A stretch of DNA of 64,000 nucleotides from assembly GCA_944322335.1 (NCBI GenBank), contig CALUOU010000003.1, positions 722 to 64,721 on the forward strand, read 5' to 3'. This document shows, piece after piece, positions 1-9,398 of the stretch. Each line of letters starts with the position of its first letter. Position 1 is the first letter of the stretch. The position numbers and the translations under genes are program-made. The stretch is from an uncultured Bacteroides sp. (lineage in GTDB: Bacteria; Bacteroidota; Bacteroidia; Bacteroidales; Bacteroidaceae). The notes beneath the pieces are model-generated. The model did no database searches. It had not been told where the DNA came from and saw nothing but the letters and a program-made list of their open reading frames with translations.

Positions 1-636
1 ACGGGGGATATCCCGGATGTCAGAAGGTGTGTCATATGGCCGGGCGGCATCATATAACTGCAGGTTTACCCCTGTATTGGTGGTATAGATGCGGGCGTTG
101 TAGGGGCTCAGCTCTTTCGTGAAGTAGCTGGAATTGGTGATGACCAGATCGGAGGCGCGTACCAGTTCCTGTTCGCAAGACGGGCCATGCTTTTTCCAGT
201 AGTCAAAACCGATGACGTAATCCCGCCGGTAGTAGATGCTGAGAGCGGGACGGAGGAATTGTTTGAGGTAGCGGCTTCGGTAGATGTCATTGTCTATAAG
301 GAGAATGCTGTTTTTAAAGTGAAGGGTGGCTGCCTGGCTTGCGATCCAGCGGGCTATTTTTTGATTGTTCAGGTAATTGGCCATTTTAAACAGGGCAGAA
401 GGCAGTCTGTTCACCGGCCATACGGCGAAAGGACATTCCAATACCCATAGGTTGGAATTGACAGGCTGCAGATAGGGAGGGCGGCATTTTTTCACTCCAT
501 GCAGGCGGTCTATAAGGGTGGCAGGCGTATTGACATAGATCACGCGGTGACGCTTGGCTATTTCAAGAGCCGTGTTTCGGATGGTGGTTCCGATTTTCTC
601 GTGCCATGATTGAAGACTGGTGATGATGAAATCCAT
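1..636 (-). CDS. Glycosyltransferase of the polysaccharide locus (runs off the window edge)
   Basis: Not in the ORF track. My translation from the ATG at 636 reads MDFIITSLQSWHEKIGTTIRNTALEIAKRHRVIYVNTP..., 13 bp after the upstream GT stop and co-oriented with it. Confidence 0.7.
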   Translation of the reverse strand, partial: MDFIITSLQSWHEKIGTTIRNTALEIAKRHRVIYVNTPATLIDRLHGVKKCRPPYLQPVNSNLWVLECPFAVWPVNRLPSALFKMANYLNNQKIARWIASQAATLHFKNSILLIDNDIYRSRYLKQFLRPALSIYYRRDYVIGFDYWKKHGPSCEQELVRASDLVITNSSYFTKELSPYNARIYTTNTGVNLQLYDAARPYDTPSDIRDIPR

Positions 637-648
637 AAGTGTCAGTGT

Positions 649-1797
649 TTAGGGGTTAGGAGAGTGATGCCGACAGGCAGTCTGGTAAATCTTTAAGTAT
701 TCCAAGGCAGTCTGTTTCCATGAGAATTGGGCAGCCCGCCGGAGTCCGTAGGTTTGTTGGGTCTGGTAATATGAACAGTCTGTTTCAAGTCTGAGCAGGG
801 CTTGGCTGATTTCTTGCGGGTGGCGAGGGTGGATCAGGATGGCTCCTTCGCCTGCAATCTCTGGCATGGCGGAAGTGTTGCTGGTGATGACTGGTGTGCC
901 ACAGGCCATGGCTTCCAGAATGGGAATGCCGAAGCCTTCATTGAGCGAAGGGAACAAGAAGGCAAAGGCTCCATTATAAAGGGCGGGCAAGTCATTTCCT
1001 GGCACATATCCGGTAAACACAAGGTGTGGAAGGCAATCTGAAAGTTGTAGGCTCTTAAGCTTTTCTTCCACATACGGGTGTGGCAAACCGGTAATGACCA
1101 TTCGCTTGGGGAGACTGGACTGTTGCAAATAAGCCTGATAGGCTTGTAGAATTCCTGTCAGGTTCTTGCGCGGGTCGGTATTGCCTAAAAAGAGCAGATA
1201 GGCTTTGTCTGTCAATGCATATTTGTGGAGGACTTGGGTCTTTTCTTTCTCAGAAAGTGGCCTATACTTGTGGCTATAACCGTTGTGGACAACTTTCAGC
1301 CGTTTTTCCAAGGAGGGAAAAGTCTGGAGTATGTTCTTTGCTTCCGTGTGAGATACCGTAATGACTTGCCGGCATTGCTGTAGGATGCGGGGCACATTCC
1401 ACCGCCGATAAAGCCACCCCATTTTCTGATAGGCAGACATTCCTTGCAGGCTGTTTGTCCCTAAGTAAATGATGTCGTGTAAGGTGAGCAGTAAAGGAGC
1501 GGGAGAATGCAGGGGAGCCGTGTTGGATGTGCAGTGAAGCAAGTCAGCCTGGCATTTTTTTACCGCACGGGGGAGGGCGATTTGCTCCCACACGGGATAC
1601 CCTCCCCGGCACGAAAGCTCTGTAACCTGCATGTTCGGGGTGGAAGAAAGGCAGACATCTTTGCCCGGTGCGACAAATACATGGTACTCATTTTCCCGAT
1701 CTATTTGCTGCAACTGGCGTAGTACTTCCAGAATGACATAGTCCATTCCGTGTTTATCGGGCCGGAAGATGCGTTGGGCTTCGATGGCGACTCTCAT
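649..1797 (-). CDS. GT4 family glycosyltransferase
   Basis: C-terminal FPSLNEGFGIPILEAMACGTPVITSN (EX7E) motif. Confidence 0.92.
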   Translation of the reverse strand: MRVAIEAQRIFRPDKHGMDYVILEVLRQLQQIDRENEYHVFVAPGKDVCLSSTPNMQVTELSCRGGYPVWEQIALPRAVKKCQADLLHCTSNTAPLHSPAPLLLTLHDIIYLGTNSLQGMSAYQKMGWLYRRWNVPRILQQCRQVITVSHTEAKNILQTFPSLEKRLKVVHNGYSHKYRPLSEKEKTQVLHKYALTDKAYLLFLGNTDPRKNLTGILQAYQAYLQQSSLPKRMVITGLPHPYVEEKLKSLQLSDCLPHLVFTGYVPGNDLPALYNGAFAFLFPSLNEGFGIPILEAMACGTPVITSNTSAMPEIAGEGAILIHPRHPQEISQALLRLETDCSYYQTQQTYGLRRAAQFSWKQTALEYLKIYQTACRHHSPNP

Positions 1798-1803
1798 GTC
1801 CGG

Positions 1804-2976
1804 TCAGTTTTTCTTTCCGAGAGAAAAGAATGATTTGATCAGGACAAACGGCATGGCCCAGATGGATTGTTTGAATTTGGTGTTAAGCTCTCCTTCCGGC
1901 ATTGCCATAAGGATGGCCAGCAGGAAAACAAAGTCCAGAACATACCATTTGATGGATAGCGGCCATTCCAGAACCATCATGACCACGGTGCAGGCGGCCA
2001 GATAGAAGATCTGCATGAAGCGGGAGGGCATCATCCATTGGAGCAGCTTGTCACACATGTCCCATTTCCCTTGGATAAAGGCTGCCGGAAATGACTTGAA
2101 GCCAAGCCACATGCTGGAGATCTGCCTGCTCAGCCAACGGCGGTGCTCCTTGCTGTATTCGCTGGGGCTTTCGGCCTTCTTGCAGTAGCAGATCACTTCT
2201 TCCAGGTATTCGATGTAGATGTTTTCCTTGAGGAAGTTCCATTCTGTAGTGGTGGTCAGGTCGCTGCCCGTCAGTCGGGGGGCAAGGTCGTGGAAGATCC
2301 GGAAGTCAAACATCATTCCTGAACCGATGAGGGCGGAAGAGAATCCCAGCTGGGTATGCGCTTTCCGGAAGATGCGGTTGTTGATCTCTTCCGTTGTGGC
2401 GCTGAGGATGGCGGTAGGCGTGTTCAGGTTTTCAGCCTTGCGGTGGGTCTGGATGGCCTCACAGCCGGAATAATAAGCGTCGTTCAGCATGTTCAAGGTG
2501 TTGGGCAGGACCTTGTTGTCTGCGTCAAGCAAAAGGATGGCATCGTATTCTTTGGGGGAATAGCGTTCCATGACCTGCTGGATGGCATAGACTTTGGTAC
2601 ACTGTTCCTGATCCGGCACGACGATGGTGACCGGCATGTTCAGGAGGATAGCCAGATCCTCTTCCGCCACTTGCGTGGCAGCCACGGCTATGTCGTACTT
2701 TTCGCGCGGATAGTCCTGAGTCTGCAGGAAATGGCTGATGGACTCAATGGCTTCTTTCCCGTTCCGCAAGGTGGCGTACAGGATTAAGAACTTGTGCTGC
2801 TTCTTGGCACGCGGATAAGGATTCCGGTATTTCCGCAAAGAGGCCAAGGCGAAGATGAGCAGGTAGGCCACCGGAATGGCCAGCAACAGGAACAGGATGG
2901 CGTCTACCACCCACAAGGCATTGTTGTTGGCATCTGTCCACCAACTTAAGCTGAATATTTTGAAAATCTCGTCCAT
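1804..2976 (-). CDS. Membrane GT2-like glycosyltransferase with degenerate motifs
   Basis: N- and C-terminal TM segments, LLDADN (DxD), SALIGSGM, EHRRW. Confidence 0.8.
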   Translation of the reverse strand: MDEIFKIFSLSWWTDANNNALWVVDAILFLLLAIPVAYLLIFALASLRKYRNPYPRAKKQHKFLILYATLRNGKEAIESISHFLQTQDYPREKYDIAVAATQVAEEDLAILLNMPVTIVVPDQEQCTKVYAIQQVMERYSPKEYDAILLLDADNKVLPNTLNMLNDAYYSGCEAIQTHRKAENLNTPTAILSATTEEINNRIFRKAHTQLGFSSALIGSGMMFDFRIFHDLAPRLTGSDLTTTTEWNFLKENIYIEYLEEVICYCKKAESPSEYSKEHRRWLSRQISSMWLGFKSFPAAFIQGKWDMCDKLLQWMMPSRFMQIFYLAACTVVMMVLEWPLSIKWYVLDFVFLLAILMAMPEGELNTKFKQSIWAMPFVLIKSFFSLGKKN

Positions 2977-3006
2977 AATGTATAATTGTGATGGTTCTGT
3001 ATGTAG

Positions 3007-4476
3007 TTATGCTATGATTTCGTTTCTGGCTAATTGTTTGTCGATATACGGTCCGTTTTGGACAAAAGCAAGGAACAAAGGGATTAAGAAGGTGCAGGGA
3101 TAGGCTTCCATGGCTTGGCCTGCGGTGCCTGTGATCCATAGTCCGAATATGCTGCACAAGAGTGCGCTGAGCATTTTACGCAATTGGTCATTCCGGATTC
3201 TATAAAGGATCAGATAACAGCTGCGTATTAAGATTGCCCCAATGATGCTCAGGTAGAGACAGAGGCCCACAATGCCGTTTTCCGCCCATCTGTCTACATA
3301 GGAAGCGTCGGTCGGTATACGTTCCGCGATTCGTCCTCTTGATAAGTTTTTCGAATCTTCAATCCGACCGCCTACGCCAACGCCGAACGGCTTTTCAGCT
3401 AAGTAATAAGCGAAAAGTTTTCTGTTCTCAGCGCGTACATTGTAAGATGCGTCTTCTGTGGGGCGGAAAGCGGTGCGCATGCGGCGGATAAATGTGTTGT
3501 CATCGCCTATATTGGTAAAGTAGAAGAAGCTGAAAAGCAAAATGCCTGTAAGGGAACAAGTGAAAAATTGTTTCAAGTTCTTATTGATAAGGGTGTATAA
3601 CAGCAATCCTCCCAAAGGAATGGCAATGGCGCTGCGGGTGCCGGACATAAACATTCCCACAGCGGATAATATGGTGATGGACAAGCAGAACAAAAATGCG
3701 AGTCTCTTTTTTACAATAAAAGTCAGCAAGCCAAAAACTGCGGTGAAAGTTCCCATGGTTATTCCGAAATTACCCGCATCGGAGAAAAAAGAAAAATAGC
3801 GGATTCCTGTGGAGAGCAAGTGGGTTTGCCAGCTTTCTGTATCCAACAGGTATGCGACTTCCATGCTGTCAAATCCCTTGCGTCTTTGCCAGACCAGTTT
3901 GAATGCGGCGGTCACAATGAAGATGCCTAAAAGGAAAAAAGTGTATTTCAGCCGTTTAGGCGTACACATCAGAATGGATGATAAGAGATAGATCAATGGA
4001 ATTGTGATGAACATTCCTCGTGTCGTTAATGGATTGTGTACTTTCGTGTAGGGAGCTAACAATGAAAGTATGCAATACAAAACCCATATCGCTTGGCAAA
4101 TAGTGAGTACATTGATGGCATTTTTCCATTCGTATGAGGAAGATGTGCCTAAACGGTTGATGATAAGGGATAGCAGGCAGATAAAGGCGGCTACATCTAT
4201 GATTCCGCTTGATCCGGGAATACCGCCGGAATAGCGGTAGATGGCATGGCAATAGCAACAGATAACTCCTAACAGCACATAGCTCCATAAGGGCTGTTTG
4301 AAAAAAACAAAAGCCAGCAGGAGGGAAAGGGGGAGGAGGGTGATGCCGATGAAGATGATCCAGTTTTGAGTGACCAGTCCATAGGCCATTCCACCCAATC
4401 CCAAAATCAGGCAAAGATAGATCAATCCTTTCGGAGAGATGTCCCGATGGTTGCTGTATGTTGGATAATGTGCCAT
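3007..4476 (-). CDS. O-antigen ligase/Wzy-like polymerase
   Basis: Polytopic membrane protein with SGTRSA, a periplasmic loop and PFGVGVG / ENGIVGL motifs. Confidence 0.8.
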   Translation of the reverse strand: MAHYPTYSNHRDISPKGLIYLCLILGLGGMAYGLVTQNWIIFIGITLLPLSLLLAFVFFKQPLWSYVLLGVICCYCHAIYRYSGGIPGSSGIIDVAAFICLLSLIINRLGTSSSYEWKNAINVLTICQAIWVLYCILSLLAPYTKVHNPLTTRGMFITIPLIYLLSSILMCTPKRLKYTFFLLGIFIVTAAFKLVWQRRKGFDSMEVAYLLDTESWQTHLLSTGIRYFSFFSDAGNFGITMGTFTAVFGLLTFIVKKRLAFLFCLSITILSAVGMFMSGTRSAIAIPLGGLLLYTLINKNLKQFFTCSLTGILLFSFFYFTNIGDDNTFIRRMRTAFRPTEDASYNVRAENRKLFAYYLAEKPFGVGVGGRIEDSKNLSRGRIAERIPTDASYVDRWAENGIVGLCLYLSIIGAILIRSCYLILYRIRNDQLRKMLSALLCSIFGLWITGTAGQAMEAYPCTFLIPLFLAFVQNGPYIDKQLARNEIIA

Positions 4477-4551
4477 TTTCTGTTTCTATCTGTTCGTTTG
4501 ACAGGTTGTTGCTTTATTCATAGGTGCAAGAAATCCGGCGCGTTCAGCGGG

Positions 4552-4576
4552 GAGACGCGATGAGTCGCGTCTCTGC
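4552..4576 (-). repeat. REP-like palindrome GAGACGCGA-tgag-TCGCGTCTC
   Basis: Perfect 9-bp inverted repeat right after the gumC-like stop codon. The minus strand reads GCAGAGACGCGACTCATCGCGTCTC. Confidence 0.55.
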
Positions 4577-6738
4577 TATCTGACGGCCGGTTTCTTGGCG
4601 GTCAAGCCCAATTGAGCCAGTTTGCTGAAGAAACTATGGACTGGCGTTTGTGGCGGCAGTTCGCCCGTAAACGATTCCACCACTTCCCGGCCTGCGTTAT
4701 TCAGGTAAAGGAAGAAGGGGACATCCTTCAAGGCGGCCTTGAGAGGGGCGATGGTGGTGTCATCGCTGGTGCGCCACAACCGGCAGGCGTTGGCGATGAG
4801 CAGGTTGACATCCCCTTGCTTCAGGACCGGGACGGGAACCGAAGCATTGTGAATGGCCGGATATTCCACCAAGAGAATGTCCGGTGTCTCTTCCGCTGCG
4901 TTCAGTTGCCAGAAGTCTGCCAATTGGGTAGCGTTGATGTAGCTGTTGTTGTCCATGAACTGGAAATCTTCGCCGGCTTCCACTGTGCGCACCTTCATGC
5001 CTTCCTCTTCCCAATAGTTGGCGAAATAGCGGGCCAGGTAGCTTTTCCCTTCTCTGGGTTCCATGCTGAGCAGGTTGATGACCGTGGGCCGCCCTTGCAC
5101 CAGATATTGGTTGAGGCGGCGGCAACAATAGGCCGCCGCAATGCGGTTGCAGGCTTTCAGGAAGCCTCGGTATTTCAGGTTGCTGACACCGTTGAACGCG
5201 GCCATCACCGGGAGACCGGTCAGGCGTTCGCTGCGGAAAGCGTCCCGCAAGGTGCGGTCCAGCAATTCGATCAGCAGGAAGTAGAGGGTGATGAACAGCA
5301 GGCTGCCCAAGAAGGCCAAGAGCACATACAGCCACCGGTCCCGTCCGTTGTCTGTAAGGGGGTATTCCGGCGGGGTGACCACTTGCAGGTTGTTGGTGTT
5401 CATCTCGATGTTTTTCAGCCGCAGGTAGGCTTCCGAGAGTCCTCTGATCTGGTTGCGGTAGTTGTCTTCCGCAATGCCGATGGCGCGTTCCATCCGGTTC
5501 ACTTGGGTGCCTACGGGGGACATGTGGATGTATTGGTTGATGATGTCTTGTTGCCTGTCTTTAAGCACTTCGATCTCGGCTCCGTATCTGGCTCTGTCGA
5601 CCAAGGCTTGCAGCCATTGAGAGACCATGTCTTGGATGCCGACCCCTTCTTTAGAGAAGTTGAAGGAGTTGAGCTCATCTGCAATGTGCTGGATCTTATT
5701 TTCTGTTTTGGCAAGATCTTCTCTGTCTTTGTCTAACTGTTTGTGCTCTTTGTCATCAGAAAGGAATATCTCTTGTTCTGTAATCCGTTGATTCAACTCA
5801 CTGATTTTATCCAATTCCCGTAATAAAGCAGTGTTGTTGCGGATGATGTCGGCGCGGATGTCCATTTTATCTTCCAGCATGCCTAAGAGGGCTACGGCTC
5901 CTTCATATTGGCGCATGGCGTTTTCCATGCGGTCATCGACTTCATATCTGGTGAGCGACAGGGCTTCCGTCTCTTCGTTGTAATTGATCACTCGCTCTTG
6001 CACGCAGTAGTGCATAAGCTTGTCCTCCTCTTCGGTCAGCTTTTCTTTGGCCAGGCGGACCTGCTCTTCAAAATAGGCAATCACATCGCGGGTCGCTTTG
6101 AAGCGCAGGATTTCGTACATGTCCAGCAGCTCGTCCAACAAATATTCCACGGTCAGCTGGGTGAGTCCCGGATCGCTGGAGGTGTATTCGAGCCGCAGGA
6201 CATCACTGTCTCCCAAGCGTTCCGCAAGGATGTCATCTAAAGCGCGGGCACTGAAAAAAGGCTTGCGGCTGTCAAAGAGCTCATACACATAGTTGTGGGT
6301 GCTTTTGTTTTGATAGTCGGTGATATTGGCTAAGGTTTTGTTAACATCCTTACGGTCAGCCAGTTCCAAGACTTCTTGGGGCATGTCTTGGATCAGCTGG
6401 CGGTAGTGCCGGGCTTGAATGTAGCGGTTGTCTTTCCATTCTTCACCATAGGTCAGCGCTGCTGCCAGCAAGCGGAGGGATACTTTTTTATGGGTAGCCC
6501 GTGACTCGGCAATGCTGATCAGGTTTTCAAACGTGGTGGTGGCGGTATAGCTGCTTACCGTAGTGCCATCGATGTTGGTCGCGCTGGTGACTCCTACATA
6601 CAAACTGCTTTCCACCGTATAGCTGTAGGGCAGGAACTGGGTGAAGTAGATGACCAAAGCGGTCACAATGAGGCTTCCCCACAGCAGCCAATACCGGATG
6701 CGGTAAAAAAACTGGGAAACGTACTTGGCGATGTTCAT
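4576..6738 (-). CDS. GumC/Wzc-like polysaccharide co-polymerase
   Basis: Two TM segments flank a long coiled coil. The C-terminal domain has a degenerate Walker A (SMEPREGKS). Confidence 0.85.
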   Translation of the reverse strand: MNIAKYVSQFFYRIRYWLLWGSLIVTALVIYFTQFLPYSYTVESSLYVGVTSATNIDGTTVSSYTATTTFENLISIAESRATHKKVSLRLLAAALTYGEEWKDNRYIQARHYRQLIQDMPQEVLELADRKDVNKTLANITDYQNKSTHNYVYELFDSRKPFFSARALDDILAERLGDSDVLRLEYTSSDPGLTQLTVEYLLDELLDMYEILRFKATRDVIAYFEEQVRLAKEKLTEEEDKLMHYCVQERVINYNEETEALSLTRYEVDDRMENAMRQYEGAVALLGMLEDKMDIRADIIRNNTALLRELDKISELNQRITEQEIFLSDDKEHKQLDKDREDLAKTENKIQHIADELNSFNFSKEGVGIQDMVSQWLQALVDRARYGAEIEVLKDRQQDIINQYIHMSPVGTQVNRMERAIGIAEDNYRNQIRGLSEAYLRLKNIEMNTNNLQVVTPPEYPLTDNGRDRWLYVLLAFLGSLLFITLYFLLIELLDRTLRDAFRSERLTGLPVMAAFNGVSNLKYRGFLKACNRIAAAYCCRRLNQYLVQGRPTVINLLSMEPREGKSYLARYFANYWEEEGMKVRTVEAGEDFQFMDNNSYINATQLADFWQLNAAEETPDILLVEYPAIHNASVPVPVLKQGDVNLLIANACRLWRTSDDTTIAPLKAALKDVPFFLYLNNAGREVVESFTGELPPQTPVHSFFSKLAQLGLTAKKPAVR

Positions 6739-6751
6739 AAGGCGAATGTTT

Positions 6752-7570
6752 TTAGTCTTTGATAATTTTTACATTGGTCAGCATTTCCAACAGGATGATA
6801 GAGTTGTGCAGTTGCACACGCGCTTGTTCGTAATTGACCACTGCGGCGGAGCGTCTGGCCCGTTCCAGCGATAGCGTGATAATGTCGATTTTCCCTTGTA
6901 CGAAATCATTTTCGGAAATCTGCATTTGTGCGTTGTACAAAGCGGCTGACTCCGATTTGGCTTTGATGGTAGCCAATTGTTCTGTCACTTCATTATAGGC
7001 TTCCAGCACCTTCAGCCTTCTTTCTTCCATGACTTCCTCTTGGGTGTATTGGAGCTGTTCGATGTCATACCGGTGTTTTTTCAGTTTGAGTCTTCGGTTG
7101 ATGATGTCTCCAAAAGGAATCCGCATGCTGGCACCGATGTAGAAATTGTGTTGGGTGGAGGTCATGGCGCTTTGATAAATGGGGGTGAACTCGTCGCTGT
7201 TGTCGGCCAGGAGGTTGTAGCGGCCGTAAGTGTACGACCCGTTCACACTGAAGAAGTTCCACCAGTCCCGACGCTGGATGCGGTATTCGTTTTTGATCTC
7301 CTCCACTTCTGACTGGGCGCGTTTGACTGTGGCGTTTTCAACGACCGCATCCAGGAATACAGAAAGGGGCGGAAGCTCCAGCTTTTCCAAAGCCCTCGGA
7401 AGCATCAAGGCGCTTTGGGTGGTGGAGGTCACCAAAGAGTCGGACCGCTTGAGCTGTTCCAACACTTTGACGCGTTCCGCACGGGTCTCTTGCGCTCCTG
7501 CGGGGAGAGCCGCTGTTCCTAACCCTGCCATAAACAGAGCCAATGTGATATTTTTAATCGTCTTATTCAT
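6752..7570 (-). CDS. Short TolC-family outer membrane protein
   Basis: Signal peptide from MNKTIKNITLALF at 7570, which avoids overlap with the upstream gene. OEP-like helical repeat including ENDFVQGKIDII. Confidence 0.75.
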   Translation of the reverse strand: MNKTIKNITLALFMAGLGTAALPAGAQETRAERVKVLEQLKRSDSLVTSTTQSALMLPRALEKLELPPLSVFLDAVVENATVKRAQSEVEEIKNEYRIQRRDWWNFFSVNGSYTYGRYNLLADNSDEFTPIYQSAMTSTQHNFYIGASMRIPFGDIINRRLKLKKHRYDIEQLQYTQEEVMEERRLKVLEAYNEVTEQLATIKAKSESAALYNAQMQISENDFVQGKIDIITLSLERARRSAAVVNYEQARVQLHNSIILLEMLTNVKIIKD

Positions 7571-7593
7571 AGGGCATATTTTCTTTTGTTGCG

Positions 7594-8763
7594 TTAAACA
7601 TCTTCTTTTTGCACAAATGCGGTGAATGTCCGGAACAGGATTTTCAGGTCCAGCCAGAAGGAGAACTCTTGGGCGTAGCGGATGTCCAGCATCTTCCGCT
7701 CTTCTGCCGACATTTTGCCTGCATTGCCCCGTTTTTCCACTTGCCATAAGCCAGTCAGTCCTGCCGGTGCCATGAAACGGTCTATGTAGGTGTCGCTGGT
7801 CAACAGTTCCGCCTCATACAGGGGAAGGGGACGGTTGCCGACAATGCTCATGTCGCCTTTCAGGATGTTGAATAGCTGAGGAAGCTCGTCTATGCTGTAT
7901 TTGCGGATGAAACGTCCGACACGGGTGACACGCGGATCATGGGCTATTTTGACAAAGGCATTTTTCTCTTTTTTCTCTTTTTGTTTCAGATATTGTTCCT
8001 CTGTGATGATTTGGTCATCAGAGACCAAGATGGGCTGCTCATGGTTTTTCTCTTCTATAAGTTTTTCGATGGAGAAATCCGTCTTTTCTTCATTCCGAGC
8101 CTCTTCTTCCGTGTTATACTGGTTGAATTGGTTCAATTCTTTCAACCGCTTGTCCGCATTGGTGTACATGGACCGGAATTTCAGGAAATCAAAAACTTTG
8201 TAATTGCTGCCTACCCGTTTGGAACGGTAGATAATGTTTCCCTTGCTTTCCAGACGAATGGCGATGGCGGTCGCAATGAAAACGGGTGAAAGCAGTATGA
8301 TGGCGATGCTGGTGAAAACAAGGTCGAACAGCCTTTTCCACAAAGGCAGGTGGAACGTGTTTATGGAGCTTCGTCTGGACTGGGTGAACTCCTCCAGTTT
8401 ACGGGCTTTCCTTTTTTGTAGGAAAGTTTTCATGTTCTCAATGGCTTGTGGAGTGGGCAAGCTGCTTAATGAGTTTTGTACGCCTGCCTGTATATAGCGT
8501 TTCCGGTCATCGGGAGAGATGCCTTCGGTGATGAGGACAATGTAGACTCGCGGGAAGCGTTGGTGCAGAAAGGCTATTTCTTGGCAATCCTTGTCAATCT
8601 GTTGTGGCTCGTATAGGAGTGTTATGTCGTATCGGTCACGCATGCCGTCAATGAGGGAAGCGGCTTTACTGTATGATGCCGCTACCAGAAACATTCCTTC
8701 CGTCATTTGGTTGAGGCGGTTGATGGTCATGCTGTTTTTCCCTATATAAATATAGTATAACAT
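7594..8763 (-). CDS. Priming sugar (phosphoglycosyl) transferase with N-terminal receiver-like domain
   Basis: KRLFD, KFRSM, DPRVTRVGRFIRKYSIDELPQL and GLTGLWQV motifs. Confidence 0.9.
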   Translation of the reverse strand: MLYYIYIGKNSMTINRLNQMTEGMFLVAASYSKAASLIDGMRDRYDITLLYEPQQIDKDCQEIAFLHQRFPRVYIVLITEGISPDDRKRYIQAGVQNSLSSLPTPQAIENMKTFLQKRKARKLEEFTQSRRSSINTFHLPLWKRLFDLVFTSIAIILLSPVFIATAIAIRLESKGNIIYRSKRVGSNYKVFDFLKFRSMYTNADKRLKELNQFNQYNTEEEARNEEKTDFSIEKLIEEKNHEQPILVSDDQIITEEQYLKQKEKKEKNAFVKIAHDPRVTRVGRFIRKYSIDELPQLFNILKGDMSIVGNRPLPLYEAELLTSDTYIDRFMAPAGLTGLWQVEKRGNAGKMSAEERKMLDIRYAQEFSFWLDLKILFRTFTAFVQKEDV

Positions 8764-8800
8764 AACTCCTGCGTTTTTAGGGGTTGTTTGAAATAGTTCT

Positions 8801-9160
8801 CTATAAGAATCTCTTGATACGGGCTTTTAGTTCCATGGGATTGAACGGCTTTATGATGTAATCATCGGCTCCGGCTTCCAGAAGCTGGATGCGTTCTGTG
8901 GAATTGTCTTCACTGGAGAGAATGATGATCGGAATGTTTTTCCAAAGCTCGTTGTTCTTCAGGTAAGAAAGAAATTCATCTCCGCTCATGTGGGGCATAC
9001 GGATGTCTGTGATGATCAAGTCCGGTTCCTGACCGCTGTTCAGCCATTCAATGGCCTTCAAAGGGTCTTCAAAATAAACCAGTTCATTTTCCTTTCCTAA
9101 ATAGACAGATAAAACTTTCCCTATGGATATTTTATCGTCAACCAGCAATATTCTTTTCAT
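8801..9160 (-). CDS. Single-domain response regulator (CheY-like)
   Basis: LVDD, ITDIRMP and KPF motifs in 119 aa, with no output domain. Confidence 0.92.
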   Translation of the reverse strand: MKRILLVDDKISIGKVLSVYLGKENELVYFEDPLKAIEWLNSGQEPDLIITDIRMPHMSGDEFLSYLKNNELWKNIPIIILSSEDNSTERIQLLEAGADDYIIKPFNPMELKARIKRFL

Positions 9161-9212
9161 TTGTTTCGTTTGTTAAATAGAGACCTTATTGTTTGTTTTG
9201 TCTAATTTGGGG

Positions 9213-9220
9213 CAAAAATA
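9213..9220 (-). promoter_or_regulatory. Candidate -7 promoter element of the polysaccharide operon
   Basis: TATTTTTG on the minus strand about 50 bp upstream of the receiver gene. Confidence 0.5.
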
Positions 9221-9398
9221 CACAATTTTATTTTTATTTTTGATATGGAAAGACAATAAAAAAAACTTCCATTAACTTTTTTTGGATAAAATCCTGTAAA
9301 GAGTCTGTGGCTATCAGGAGGACTGGCGTGTTTGTTTTTTAGCTGAAAAAAGTGCGGAAACGCGACTTTCAAAAAGGGCATTTCCGCATTGATTCTAT

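Noticed and set aside
7571-7747. N-terminal extensions in the ORF track for TolC (7747), the ABC exporter (57562) and tilS (26198)
   Set aside because: They overlap upstream genes or promoters. Downstream ATGs give better starts.
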